59,171 bases of DNA from a virus (IMGVR_UViG_3300027804_000076:1-59171), one strand, 5' to 3'. Shown: positions 25,187 through 36,005, counted from the stretch's first letter. Translations and numbers: made by a program. The notes: a model not told the origin generated them from the letters alone.

Positions 25187-26083
25187 ATGGAACCAATGGG
25201 CAAGACCCCCGCCATCGCATCTAAATTGAACACCTTGCTCCGCATGGGATTGGTGTCAAAGAACAATGTTCGCCGTGCCATGACTCTGTTTGCGGATCCC
25301 GAGAAGGCACTCAAGAATCCCGCGTACCGCCTCCTCATGCAGGAAATTCTGGTGGATGTAGTGGATCGCGTGGTGAACAACAAGAGCCTGTACGCCACCA
25401 TGCGAGCCTCGTTGTCCAAGGAACCCGCCACCGTTATTGAAGGCGTGGAGGGTGAGCGCACGAAGACACTGCTCCGCAGCGGCTTGGTAAAGAAGAAGGA
25501 TGTGCTTGCAGCCCGCCGCGCCCTTGAGTCGCCAGCAAAAGCCAAGAGCATGGGTGCGTCCAAGGTGTACCGCGACATGATGATCACCATGCTTGATTCA
25601 ATGGTGAAGAAGATCACAGGCTCTCCTGTCCTGTTCAACGCTTTCAAGACCACCCTCGGCAAGGAAACCGTGGAGGAGTCTTTTGAGGTTCCGAACACCG
25701 ACAGCATGGACGAGTTCTGGCTGTGCGAAGACGCGCAAGCCCTCATGGAAAAGAACAAGCCCACGAAGCCTGAACTGTGGTCACGCGCAAAAGCCAAGGC
25801 TCGCGCCAAGTTTGATGTGTATCCTTCTGCCTACGCCAACGGATGGGCTGTGAAGTGGTACAACGAACACGGCGGTGGGTGGAAGAGCGTCAGCGAAGGC
25901 AAGACCTTCTTTGGTCTGCGGGCTGAACTAGACGAAGCGGCTGGACGGGATTATGTCACGCAGTTCCCCCGAATGGTAGTTCGTCCCAAGGAAGCAACAG
26001 AGGCAGAGAAGGAAGCCGCTGAAGACAAGAAGCGCGCTCTCCGTGCGAAGTTCAAGGGACAGAAGGCAAAGAAAAAGGCATAA
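25187..26083 (+). CDS. Modular late protein (duplicated N-domain plus VYPSAYANGW module)
   Basis: TLLRMGLV/TLLRSGLV duplication; AKFDVYPSAYANGW..GGGW. Confidence 0.75.
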   Translation: MEPMGKTPAIASKLNTLLRMGLVSKNNVRRAMTLFADPEKALKNPAYRLLMQEILVDVVDRVVNNKSLYATMRASLSKEPATVIEGVEGERTKTLLRSGLVKKKDVLAARRALESPAKAKSMGASKVYRDMMITMLDSMVKKITGSPVLFNAFKTTLGKETVEESFEVPNTDSMDEFWLCEDAQALMEKNKPTKPELWSRAKAKARAKFDVYPSAYANGWAVKWYNEHGGGWKSVSEGKTFFGLRAELDEAAGRDYVTQFPRMVVRPKEATEAEKEAAEDKKRALRAKFKGQKAKKKA

Positions 26084-26131
26084 GATCGGAGATCGGGTCT
26101 AGTAATAGAATAAAGCGAAAAGGGAAGACAC

Positions 26132-28036
26132 ATGAGCGAACAAAAGCGATTCAAGGCGTTCCGCAGCGAACTAAACGAGAGTGAATACAAGGAAACCCTC
26201 ACGGGCTACCCCAATCGTGGCATTGACACCGATGTTGGTGCGGCGAACGCCAATCTGTTGATGAAGGTCAACGCGGTTCTGAACTCGTTGAACCGCTTCA
26301 CCCATCAGCACGCAAACGATGCGTTGGTGAAGATCCGCACTCGCCTGAACCTGTTCATGCTTGACTTCCCGTGGACACCGTGGATGTGGCAGAGCAACAT
26401 GACAGGCACATTCGCGGTTCCTGTCACCCTGTTCGGTCGCGTTGACGGGACAAGCGGAATGGCTGGCGCAGGCGGCATCCGCTTTGACGGCAAGGCTAGC
26501 CCTGACGCTGGCTTGCAGGAGTTTGTTCTGTCGGTCACCGTGGAAACCGCTGAAGACGGACTGTACCGCGTGACCGCCAAACTTGCTCCAAAGGTGGATA
26601 TCGTTCCCGAAGGCGTTGAAGAGGACGGAGATGCAGTCACCGAAGACTACCAGACCGATGCCCGTGCGCGAGAAATATCAAACAAGATTGAGAAGCACGA
26701 ACAAAAAGCACAGAGCGGTTACGCTGCCAAGATGACGCAGAGCGGCAAGGCTGCTGCCCGTGGACGGCGACAAGAAGCCAAGCATGACGCTGCTTCACGC
26801 CGCCTGATGAAGCGCGATCAAAAGGAACAGGACTCGCCCCGCACCTACGGTCGCGGCGGCAAACTGATCAAGCGCGGCAGTCGGCGCGAGGTAAAGGAAG
26901 AGGTTGAGGCGATTGATGAACTCCTCACCCCCATGCGTGATGCAATCACTGCTCGGGAAAGAGATAAGGCAACAGCAGATTACAACAATCCAAACCTGTC
27001 CGCTGCACAGCAAAAGAAGGCAGGTGCGCGTGCATCTCGCGCAACATATGCCCGTCTACGCGCTCGTAGTAACGATGGAACCGTGGCTGGCAAGGCGCAA
27101 ACACCAAAGTTCAAGAGAGAAAACGAAAAGTGGCGCAAGGCAGAGAAGAGCGTGAAGGAAGAGATTGAGGCGATTGAAGAAATGCACAAGGTGGGAGATA
27201 CCGTGAAGGTTCCCCACAAGGGCAAGATGGTGAAGGGCAAGATCGTGCGCCACGACAAGGGCGGCAGCGGCAAGGCAGCGCAGCACGGTGGCGGCTATGT
27301 GGTTGATGTTGGCGAACACGGCAGCATCACCGTTCCCCACCACAAGATTGTCAAGGAAGAAGTGGAGCAGATTGACGAATTGAGCAAGGCAACGAAGGAC
27401 GCATATGTTGCCAAGCGCGGTTCGCAACTGTCGTCCATGTTGAGCGGACACAAGCGTGGCAAGCAACTCACTGGCAAGCAGCAAGCGAATGCCGTGAAGG
27501 GCATCAAGACCGCTATGGGTGTCAAGGAAGAAGCCGAGCAGATTGACGAAGCGGGTGCTGCCAAGGCAGCGCGTCTTGCCAAAGCCAAGGAACGAGCAGG
27601 CAAGGAAGGCGATGTTGATCGGTTTGAGCGTGCTTCGGCTTTGCAGAAGCGCATCGCTGATCGTCTTCGCAAGAAGAAGGGTCGCGCCCCCGCGATGAGC
27701 GAAGCACTAGTCGGTGGTCAGAAGCGACTTGATGTAAACAAGAACAAGCGTTTGGACTCACAGGACTTTGCCCTGCTCCGTGCCAAGAAGAAGCCAGTGA
27801 AGGAATACACGGAGATGATGCCTGGCATTTCTCTTCAGGTTCCTGCACCCACGGAAGCCCGCGCGGACAAGAGCGGCAAGGGCAAGCGGTTCCACAAGGG
27901 TGCAATCAAGTCCGTGGAGGAAGCGGTAGCAAAGGGCAAGAAAAAGAAGCCAAGCACCCACCAAGGTGCTGCGAATGTCATTGCCAGGCAGAAGTCTATC
28001 AAGAGCCGTCTTGAAAAAAACGATATGCGTTGGTGA
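26132..28036 (+). CDS. Putative protease-processed internal/core polyprotein
   Basis: Repeated KEExExI(D/E)E linkers between Lys/Arg-rich modules. Confidence 0.75.
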   Translation: MSEQKRFKAFRSELNESEYKETLTGYPNRGIDTDVGAANANLLMKVNAVLNSLNRFTHQHANDALVKIRTRLNLFMLDFPWTPWMWQSNMTGTFAVPVTLFGRVDGTSGMAGAGGIRFDGKASPDAGLQEFVLSVTVETAEDGLYRVTAKLAPKVDIVPEGVEEDGDAVTEDYQTDARAREISNKIEKHEQKAQSGYAAKMTQSGKAAARGRRQEAKHDAASRRLMKRDQKEQDSPRTYGRGGKLIKRGSRREVKEEVEAIDELLTPMRDAITARERDKATADYNNPNLSAAQQKKAGARASRATYARLRARSNDGTVAGKAQTPKFKRENEKWRKAEKSVKEEIEAIEEMHKVGDTVKVPHKGKMVKGKIVRHDKGGSGKAAQHGGGYVVDVGEHGSITVPHHKIVKEEVEQIDELSKATKDAYVAKRGSQLSSMLSGHKRGKQLTGKQQANAVKGIKTAMGVKEEAEQIDEAGAAKAARLAKAKERAGKEGDVDRFERASALQKRIADRLRKKKGRAPAMSEALVGGQKRLDVNKNKRLDSQDFALLRAKKKPVKEYTEMMPGISLQVPAPTEARADKSGKGKRFHKGAIKSVEEAVAKGKKKKPSTHQGAANVIARQKSIKSRLEKNDMRW

Positions 28037-28054
28037 TGCCAACCACCGTATATC

Positions 28055-28438
28055 ATGGACTTCAAAGTGCTGACCAAAGACAACTTCATGCTCTATGCAA
28101 TGGGAAACTACACCAATCCTGATTGCATGGGGATGGTTGAATTCACCGAAGACCTTTCAAAAATCAAGTATGTGAAGCGGCTGCTGAAGAAGTACCGCAG
28201 GAGCGGCAGGATACGAACCATCCTGCTGCTCAACCATTTGGTGATCATGGGAAATGTGTTTGGTCAGCACGCCACTGCGCGGATGCTTTTCCATAAATTG
28301 GAGCGTGACATTCACCCCTCGCTGAAGACGGTGCTGCTGTACCTGAACTACATAGATGAGCGGATGATATTTGATGGAGTTGCCGTGAGCGATGTTCCGC
28401 TAGACATGAAACTAGCAGAAGAACTCAAGAGGCTCTAA
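28055..28438 (+). CDS. Conserved T4-like protein (DUF7207-like)
   Basis: LTKDNFMLYAM..Y.NP.C...EF.ED...KYVKRLL..LLLNH...NVFG. Confidence 0.8.
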   Translation: MDFKVLTKDNFMLYAMGNYTNPDCMGMVEFTEDLSKIKYVKRLLKKYRRSGRIRTILLLNHLVIMGNVFGQHATARMLFHKLERDIHPSLKTVLLYLNYIDERMIFDGVAVSDVPLDMKLAEELKRL

Positions 28439-29052
28439 TGTCCAACACAGCAGTCACTCCATTGTTTCCCACAGGGCGGCGCGTACAGGCGTGGTGTGTG
28501 AGTAATTTGCTTTCACGGCGGCTAACAGCCGACACCATAAGCACAAATTCAGGAACACCGAACTTGCGCGGAACCCCCGTAAACCTCACTCAAGAGCAAA
28601 TGGATACGCTGAACTTTATTGACGGATACAATGTGCGTTTAGATAAACGCTGTATTGGTAACTTTACGAATTCGGCTAGCGAAAACATTCCGTTCTATTT
28701 CACATTCATAAATCCACTACCGTCAGCAAATTACAGAGTATTTTTGCAAATTCGTCACTCTCCCACAAGAGGACTGTGGAGGGGCTACACTTTCTTGCCG
28801 TGGTTTGCGCCTTCAATAATAAACACAACAAAATACCCCAAAACACAATACGGTTTTTTTGTTGAGGCATTGTATATGTCTAGTCGTGGTCAAAGTTTTA
28901 GTGGTGTTTCTTGGACTCCACTGAGTCCCCAAGGTCATCCGTTGGGCACGGGAACTGTGGCTCCGTGGCTAGGAGCCGCACTGGAAGGTGCTGCTCCTGG
29001 AAACGACACCAACACACACAGAACCAGTCTCGTAAACTTGGTGGTAATCTAA
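28438..29052 (+). CDS. Tail-associated protein
   Basis: AW...YNV...F.F.NPLPSANY.V domain, also present in the next gene. Confidence 0.65.
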   Translation: MSNTAVTPLFPTGRRVQAWCVSNLLSRRLTADTISTNSGTPNLRGTPVNLTQEQMDTLNFIDGYNVRLDKRCIGNFTNSASENIPFYFTFINPLPSANYRVFLQIRHSPTRGLWRGYTFLPWFAPSIINTTKYPKTQYGFFVEALYMSSRGQSFSGVSWTPLSPQGHPLGTGTVAPWLGAALEGAAPGNDTNTHRTSLVNLVVI

Positions 29053-32000
29053 TGGCAAGTTCAAATTCACAAATCACATCACAGACTCAAGACTCTCCTA
29101 CTTGTGATGCGTGGGCAGTAGTTTCATTTGAAAATGTATTGGGAACAGTCAATCCAAAGATTGCCATCAACGAAGGAGCAGGAATTGAAACCCCGCAGAG
29201 AATTTCTCTGGGTGCTTCCAACAAAGTTGGATATCGCCTGTCTTTTTCTGATCCTGCTCGTTTTTCTTCTGGTGCTTATGTGGTATTGACAACTCCACAA
29301 GTCACTGATGATGGACAATTGGCTTATTGGAACATTAGTCACGGATACACAGGAGAGTCGTGGTCGGGAACTCCTGCCTATGGACCAGGACTAAATGACC
29401 TGAAGTCGGGGTTTGTGCTGTTTGGTGTCACGCTAAGTTGGGACGGATACGGACTTCAAGACACGGGTAATGACCCCTCCCCTTTGTTTGCAGCATCGGT
29501 GTGCGAAGGAAAACCAAACTATCAGGCTAATGTAGCGGTTTTCTCGCTGTCAACCGATTCAGACCGTGGTGTTACCACTGGAAAACTGTCCGTGGCAACA
29601 GAGGGTGGATTTGGAAAAAACACCGACAACCAAACATCAGTTTCTCAAAACTTGGGTTTTTTTGATGAGAAGAAGCGAGTTGCGAGTGCATACGGAACTG
29701 TGGTAATTCCTCCACGAAAAGGAGCCACTTCTGTTATTGCTTACATGGAAGACGCTTTCAACACACACAAAACAGGAGATGGATACCTGAACGGAATATC
29801 CGCTGGTGGTGTGTGCAGCATTGATGTGGCTTTCACGGAACCGCTAGACAATTCTAATTACTGCGTGATACTGTCAAGAGAAACAATGGGATATCCGTAT
29901 GCTGGTGACTACGGTAGTGTACCCACGACACAACCAAACCACAATGGAATGTTCCGAAACATGAGAATTCCGTACATACGCGGAACAAAAACCAGAGAAG
30001 GATTCCGAATTGAGGTTGCTGCTCCTGATTTGTTCTACGATCCAAATGCAACCGAAAATAACGGCACTCCATATTCTTCAGCAGATGCGTATAAAAAACT
30101 GAGAAGAATCACCTATGGAGTAACTTCTGATTTTTACAGCAGCGGATACGGAGAAAAAATCCACTTCATGGTGTTTGGCGGAACAGAAGAACGCATTGCA
30201 AGGCTGTACTCCACCGATAGTGCGTGGACAACCAATCCAAATTCAGGAAGACTCACCACGGCATACGGTCCTGCGGACTACGAAGTGTACGGCGTGGCGT
30301 GGACGGATCCTGATTACGGACGGGACGGCAGCAGGGCAGGCAGCAGTTACCTGTACACAACCGTTACCCAACGGGATACAGATGCCACCAAGTACGCAGG
30401 ATTCTATACTGCTGCGGGTGGCGCGACATACGCAAATGCGTTTGAGTACTCCCGCTTTGTATACACCCAAGACCCACTCAATCCTGATCCTGGTCTTCCG
30501 TCTTTCAGTGATGTGAATGTGAACTACGATGCTGCCACCACAGGCGGTCTTAACGCCATACAAGCAGGTATTCGTTCAATCGTGCCGCTGTTCGTTCCGT
30601 ATCTGAGCGGAAGCAATGTACAGACACCAAATACCGTGACGGGACTGGGTTCCGTAAACAACAATGTGGATCCGTACTTCGGCATCACATTCTGTACCGA
30701 TCTAATGATCTACAGGACGCTGGATCGCATGAAGACGGTGCCTGTGGGCAAGCGTCACATCTATCCGCGATTTATTGGCAATGTCACTCCCTCGCAAGGC
30801 TTGTACGAGTCACATGAGCCGTACACTGTTCTTCAGCATTACAAGCAAATGGACGGTGTTACTTGGAGCGGAGGCGTGGACGGAATAACCTCCGCAGGTT
30901 ACCGTGTACCGTCCAAAACAAAGCCTCATGTTCTTTTCAGCAGCAATCTAGACTGGACGAACCCTGTTTACAGTTACATGAAAGGACCAACGGCTTACAC
31001 GGGAGTGCTCATTTCGGCGTCTTTCCCTGCGGGAGCAACAGGCATAACGCTTACTGCTCCAAGCGGTGGACTCACCTTGTTTCACAACGACTCACTGTGG
31101 TTCTCAAGTGGTGCAGGATCAGGAAACACACTGGAAATACTTGTGGGAGTTCCTGCATACAACCGCCTTGGCGTGTTCACGGCAAGTGCGGGAGAGTCAA
31201 AGCGCATTCCCGTTCAAGGTGACACGGTGACCGTGAGCGGAACCGTTGGAGGCGGATACTCCTCGTGCAATATAGAGCGCAGCATTCTGATTTCTGGCGG
31301 CACTTTCCCTCGCGGCAGAACTCTTGCACCCATATTCACGGACAATGCGTCCGCGTTTGCAGGAAACGCTCTAAAAAATTATCTTGACCGCGTAGAAGCA
31401 GGAGTCATACGCGACCGTCCAGTTGGTCAGGACTTCCTCGCAAACGCACGCTTTGAGTACATTGACGATGACTGCGAAAACATTAATGGTTACTCACTGT
31501 ACTACAGCGGGCAGGACAGCGGCGTGACATGGGGTGGTGGCAGCAATCAGCAACACCGCACATATCTGCATGATCTTGCATTCAACCCTGTTCAGCCCAA
31601 CAGAAAAGCAGTGTCTCTGTTTGATGACTGCGGAATACCCGCTGGATTGTGTGGCATGGTTAACTACAAGGATCCAGAGTTTTTCATGGGAACCATCAAT
31701 GATCCGCGCATTCGCACATACAAGTTTGAGTTCAATGGAGTAACCAATGACGGTTCGCCCACCGTTGCGTCCATGTTCATGGACATATACAACCAATTGT
31801 GTGCAAACTTCGGCACATACTACCGTGGTGTCATCTGTCCAGGAATGTCAACGCGGGCTTTGTCGCCAGCGTATCCTGAACCCGTCAGCGGAGTTCCTGC
31901 CGCCATCACGCTTGATGACATTGGTGGCGTGACATATCAAGTATACAATGCTTACAACGCATTGCCGAATGTGTACGGGCTAGGGGAAAGAAAAAAATAT

Positions 32001-35000
32001 CCTCGTTCTTCCCTGAATTACATTGGAGGCAGCACACGAACGGATCACGATCCAGGCGGCGATCCGAAGCGAGACACGCTGTACAATACCACGCGCATCA
32101 ACGGTGCAGATCGCGGAGCGTTTAGTCCGTACAATTTGTCCATGAGTTACCCGTCCCTGACATGGACATACATTCTTCGTGCCCTGTGCGAGGGACACTA
32201 TCGTTCGCTCATACACAACAAGGCAAAAAATAGGTCTTGGGGAGTGATTACTTGCGGAAACTATCTGCAAACAGGACCAGTGAAACCATCGGAAATGCTT
32301 TTCAACACGGGTGGAAACAGCGAACCCTCAATCCATCCAGTTCTTCCAGAAGATGTGACTTGCTCTCCGAACTTCTACGCTGGTGTCGGAGTGACAGCCG
32401 CTTCCAGAAGCGCAAATCCTGCTTCCATGTGCTGCTATTTTCCCAATCCAGGAAACGACTACAGAAAGAAGTATCTGTTCGGTGGTGTTCCGTACCCCGC
32501 ATCCGCAGCCCGCAGAGTTGCGGTAACCACTCCAGAGACTTCTTCTGTGAACTACGGGGGTTCTCTGAACGCCTACGATTATGTTGCGGAAGACGGCACT
32601 GTTCGCTTCTATCACCGTCTTGGACTGCGCCACGGATCCAATCCTGATTGGTTTGGCGGAATTCGCAGTTCCTCTTTCTTTGGAGTAACAGCAGGATCGC
32701 CCACTTTTGTCCGTGGAGCAACGGTGTCTCACAGTTTCTCCGCAGGAGCCACGGCAATCACGGCATGGGTTTGCGGAATCACCATGCGTCCAGGCGACTA
32801 TGTGTGGTTTGGACGATTCGGTGGCACCGTTTTCAACTACATCACTGGCGGAAATGTGGGAACAGGCAATCAAATTTCCGTTCGTTTCCATGACCCCATC
32901 GGATTCACTGGTTCCACTGGTGACAGTTTCTTGGTGGAATCCGCGCACAATAACGCAGGCTTTGTTGGTTTTATGACCCAATTCCGCGCACTTCGTGCGT
33001 ATCAGAACTCCGACCCCAAACTGTGGAAGCATTTCGCTCCGTGGGTCAGCAGTCCGCGATTGGGACCGTCCACTTGGGGATTCAACATGGATCGCCGTTA
33101 CTGGTGGGAACTCATGTACCACCTGATTCTCGCAGGAGCGCACCGCCTCATTCAGTGGTGTGATGGAGTAGAATTTGAGGCGGGTGATCGCCGCGACCAC
33201 GATCTCATCTACATTCACACCGTGCTGAACAACTGGAGAAACATCTCTGGCAACAGCAAGTGCGCGGAGCCGTTGGTCACGGACTACCCTGTGCTGGCAG
33301 ACAAGACATTCATTTCAGGAGCGCGAATTGCAAGTGGACCGAACGCGGGGCTGTACATATGGCGCATCACGGTTCGTCCTGGTCTGCTTGATGAAACTGT
33401 CACGCTTACGCAGAATACCCGCGCCGATCTGCCTCCAACCCTGACCATTCCTGGTGGTGTTGCATCGGTTCATCCCCACGGAACCCGTGGTGTGTGGCTC
33501 ATTACTCGCTCGGCAGTGAAGCCAGAGTATACCATCGCCGCTCCGTCTGCTGATGCGTTTGACTCCATTGCGGAAGCAAAAGACCAGTACTATCCGTGGA
33601 TCAACTTCTTTACCGACACAGGAATTGCCACAAACGATCCAGGTGGCGTAACATGGGCAAACTGGACAGGCACAAGCGTTGCTCTGTTCCAAGGTGTTCC
33701 AGAGTCCGCATCAGAGTCTAGAGCGTATCCGTGGAATGCAAATCCAACGGATCTCACCAACACTCCGTGGCACAATCTTGTGTACGAACGGGTGATTGAT
33801 GCGTACAAATGGGGCGCACGGAGTTTCCACCTGTACCTGCCGTATGGTGGATACATTAGGGATTCGCTGCTGCCCACATACGGAGCGTCTGGTGGTGCGT
33901 ACCTGCTGTCGTATCAGCACTGGAAAGATGCGTACACTGTCCCATCACCCGCAGGACTTACCCATCAGCAGCCTGCTCGGTGGAAGGGATTCCCACAGGC
34001 AATCAATGCACTTCTCACGGGAACCATGACTCCTCCGAACAGTTTGAAGCAACCCATCAATGAGCCGTGCAATGTGTATCTGTACTTGCCTGGCGTGATG
34101 GGTTGGTCGGACTACCGCCGCAAGGCGTGTAATTTCTGGAAAAGCCTGCCTGGAACAACGGCGGAAAAGGATGCAGCATTCTACGCCAAACTTGATGCCC
34201 ATGTGGAAACCATCAAGAGCATGAAGCCGTCCAATCCCATCGGAAAGGGAAAACTGTCCGTGAACCTTGATGTGGGTTCACTGGCAGCCACCCCCGAAAG
34301 CGTGCATTTGTACAGAACGGTGGGCGATCCCACCGCTCCCAGTGCGGCTCTGTCGGGAGCGTATCTCACGGACGCTCTTGAGTTGAGCGATTGGTATGTG
34401 AAACGAAAACTTGAAGCCGCAGGAATTCCTGTGTTCATTGAGTCTCGCCCAAGCAATCGCATCAATCAGGCGTTGATTGCCCCAACGGAACAAGGCATCA
34501 GTGGTGCAGCAGGACAGACTGCATCCACGGGATGGCAGGGAGAATTCGTTACCTCGGATGAACCGTGGTTCTGGGGTTCCACAAATCCTCAAAACTTCCC
34601 CGATGCAATCAAGAGGTCGGAAATTCGCCACTGGCACCGCATGGATCACCAAGGCTTCAGGCTTTCGGACATCTATGTGCCAGGCGCGAGCAGTGATCCG
34701 TTCGGTGTTTACCACACCGTGGCAAGAGGAAACACCTTCTTGAATATGTGGAGATCGGTTTCGTCCCTTGGCGCAGGCGGCTACACCGCAGACGGAGACA
34801 GAACGCAGTACACGCCAATGGCTGCTGTTGGGCACCTGTACGCATTGTCAGACCACTACAGGCACTACACAAACCTGAAGAACGGCAACACCGCACTGAA
34901 GGGCGTGTGTTACGCGAATTACAACATGATTACATTTGTCCTTGAAGAATTCAAGAAGGGTGGACAGAGGGTGGTTGAATTGCAAAATTCCAATCAAACC

Positions 35001-35345
35001 AAGTACGCTCGGTACAATGATATCCACCCCTCAGCCTGGCCAGTGTGGAAAACCACTGATGTGTTCAATGGTGCTTCATTTGAAGCGGATCCACGCGGGT
35101 ACGCAACCAACCACCAGACAAAGTTCTGGACAGAAGCAGGCAAGGGCTTCTGGCAGAACAATGTGATGACCACGAACTTCAGCGATTTCGTCACAATGCT
35201 GGCTACATTCAGTGCAACCGCTGCTCCTGCGTTTGCCACCGCGCAGGGGTGGGCAGGAGCCACATATCCGTTTGACTACTACAGCAGAAACACCATCGGT
35301 GCAGCACTTGGTCTGTCTCTCGGTGGCACCAACGAGGTAAACTAA
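29052..35345 (+). CDS. Large (~2097 aa) tail/receptor-binding protein, possibly with carbohydrate-active domains
   Basis: Start overlaps TAA of previous gene; Gly/Thr/aromatic-rich. Confidence 0.75.
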   Translation: MASSNSQITSQTQDSPTCDAWAVVSFENVLGTVNPKIAINEGAGIETPQRISLGASNKVGYRLSFSDPARFSSGAYVVLTTPQVTDDGQLAYWNISHGYTGESWSGTPAYGPGLNDLKSGFVLFGVTLSWDGYGLQDTGNDPSPLFAASVCEGKPNYQANVAVFSLSTDSDRGVTTGKLSVATEGGFGKNTDNQTSVSQNLGFFDEKKRVASAYGTVVIPPRKGATSVIAYMEDAFNTHKTGDGYLNGISAGGVCSIDVAFTEPLDNSNYCVILSRETMGYPYAGDYGSVPTTQPNHNGMFRNMRIPYIRGTKTREGFRIEVAAPDLFYDPNATENNGTPYSSADAYKKLRRITYGVTSDFYSSGYGEKIHFMVFGGTEERIARLYSTDSAWTTNPNSGRLTTAYGPADYEVYGVAWTDPDYGRDGSRAGSSYLYTTVTQRDTDATKYAGFYTAAGGATYANAFEYSRFVYTQDPLNPDPGLPSFSDVNVNYDAATTGGLNAIQAGIRSIVPLFVPYLSGSNVQTPNTVTGLGSVNNNVDPYFGITFCTDLMIYRTLDRMKTVPVGKRHIYPRFIGNVTPSQGLYESHEPYTVLQHYKQMDGVTWSGGVDGITSAGYRVPSKTKPHVLFSSNLDWTNPVYSYMKGPTAYTGVLISASFPAGATGITLTAPSGGLTLFHNDSLWFSSGAGSGNTLEILVGVPAYNRLGVFTASAGESKRIPVQGDTVTVSGTVGGGYSSCNIERSILISGGTFPRGRTLAPIFTDNASAFAGNALKNYLDRVEAGVIRDRPVGQDFLANARFEYIDDDCENINGYSLYYSGQDSGVTWGGGSNQQHRTYLHDLAFNPVQPNRKAVSLFDDCGIPAGLCGMVNYKDPEFFMGTINDPRIRTYKFEFNGVTNDGSPTVASMFMDIYNQLCANFGTYYRGVICPGMSTRALSPAYPEPVSGVPAAITLDDIGGVTYQVYNAYNALPNVYGLGERKKYPRSSLNYIGGSTRTDHDPGGDPKRDTLYNTTRINGADRGAFSPYNLSMSYPSLTWTYILRALCEGHYRSLIHNKAKNRSWGVITCGNYLQTGPVKPSEMLFNTGGNSEPSIHPVLPEDVTCSPNFYAGVGVTAASRSANPASMCCYFPNPGNDYRKKYLFGGVPYPASAARRVAVTTPETSSVNYGGSLNAYDYVAEDGTVRFYHRLGLRHGSNPDWFGGIRSSSFFGVTAGSPTFVRGATVSHSFSAGATAITAWVCGITMRPGDYVWFGRFGGTVFNYITGGNVGTGNQISVRFHDPIGFTGSTGDSFLVESAHNNAGFVGFMTQFRALRAYQNSDPKLWKHFAPWVSSPRLGPSTWGFNMDRRYWWELMYHLILAGAHRLIQWCDGVEFEAGDRRDHDLIYIHTVLNNWRNISGNSKCAEPLVTDYPVLADKTFISGARIASGPNAGLYIWRITVRPGLLDETVTLTQNTRADLPPTLTIPGGVASVHPHGTRGVWLITRSAVKPEYTIAAPSADAFDSIAEAKDQYYPWINFFTDTGIATNDPGGVTWANWTGTSVALFQGVPESASESRAYPWNANPTDLTNTPWHNLVYERVIDAYKWGARSFHLYLPYGGYIRDSLLPTYGASGGAYLLSYQHWKDAYTVPSPAGLTHQQPARWKGFPQAINALLTGTMTPPNSLKQPINEPCNVYLYLPGVMGWSDYRRKACNFWKSLPGTTAEKDAAFYAKLDAHVETIKSMKPSNPIGKGKLSVNLDVGSLAATPESVHLYRTVGDPTAPSAALSGAYLTDALELSDWYVKRKLEAAGIPVFIESRPSNRINQALIAPTEQGISGAAGQTASTGWQGEFVTSDEPWFWGSTNPQNFPDAIKRSEIRHWHRMDHQGFRLSDIYVPGASSDPFGVYHTVARGNTFLNMWRSVSSLGAGGYTADGDRTQYTPMAAVGHLYALSDHYRHYTNLKNGNTALKGVCYANYNMITFVLEEFKKGGQRVVELQNSNQTKYARYNDIHPSAWPVWKTTDVFNGASFEADPRGYATNHQTKFWTEAGKGFWQNNVMTTNFSDFVTMLATFSATAAPAFATAQGWAGATYPFDYYSRNTIGAALGLSLGGTNEVN

Positions 35346-35353
35346 TGGCTAGA

Positions 35354-35521
35354 ATGAAAAAATTCATGCAGTTCTTGGAAGAGTTCCCGCCCCCAATCGC
35401 CACGCAGCCGCCCACGAATGTGGCTGACGGCACAAAGATTGCGGGACTGCCTCCCGATCTTCCCCCTGTGCCACAGCGGAGAAAATCAAAAATTGGCAAG
35501 CGGAAACTGCCCAAGACCTAA
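35354..35521 (+). CDS. Small Pro-rich protein with internal-protein-like leader
   Basis: MKKFMQFLEE..PTN..IAGLPPDLPPV. Confidence 0.7.
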   Translation: MKKFMQFLEEFPPPIATQPPTNVADGTKIAGLPPDLPPVPQRRKSKIGKRKLPKT

Positions 35522-35557
35522 ATAAGGGGTAATCCGCTTTAGAAAGGAAGTGACTAC

Positions 35558-35995
35558 ATGATTAGTCCTGAACTCATTTCGTTGGTTGGTGGTTCTGCGA
35601 CAGGCTTCCTGTTCCGCTTCATGGCAGAGAAGCGTCAAGACCAAAAGGAAATGTTTGAACGCCTGATGGCTTCAAACAAGCAGACCACGGAGAATCAAGA
35701 CAAGGCAGCAGAGCGCGTCCCGCTTGATGTGGGCAAGGGTATTCGCCAACTCATCGTGCTTGCAGTTCTGTTCGCCACCCTGATGGCTCCATTCATCCTG
35801 CCGTTCTTTGGTCTGCCCACATTCGTTGAGGTGGACGCACAGAATCCAGAGGGGCTGTTTGGACTCATTCCCGCCACCACCAAGAAGTACTTCGTGGAAG
35901 TGAATGGATTCCTGTTTGCGTCCGAAACTCGTCAAATCCTAGTGAGCATCGTGGGCTTCTACTTCGGTAGTGCCGCTGCTTCCAACAAGTCGTAA
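35558..35995 (+). CDS. Holin-like membrane protein
   Basis: Late promoter; three hydrophobic segments; C-terminal IVGFYFG. Confidence 0.65.
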   Translation: MISPELISLVGGSATGFLFRFMAEKRQDQKEMFERLMASNKQTTENQDKAAERVPLDVGKGIRQLIVLAVLFATLMAPFILPFFGLPTFVEVDAQNPEGLFGLIPATTKKYFVEVNGFLFASETRQILVSIVGFYFGSAAASNKS

Positions 35996-36005
35996 AGGAG
36001 CCGCC

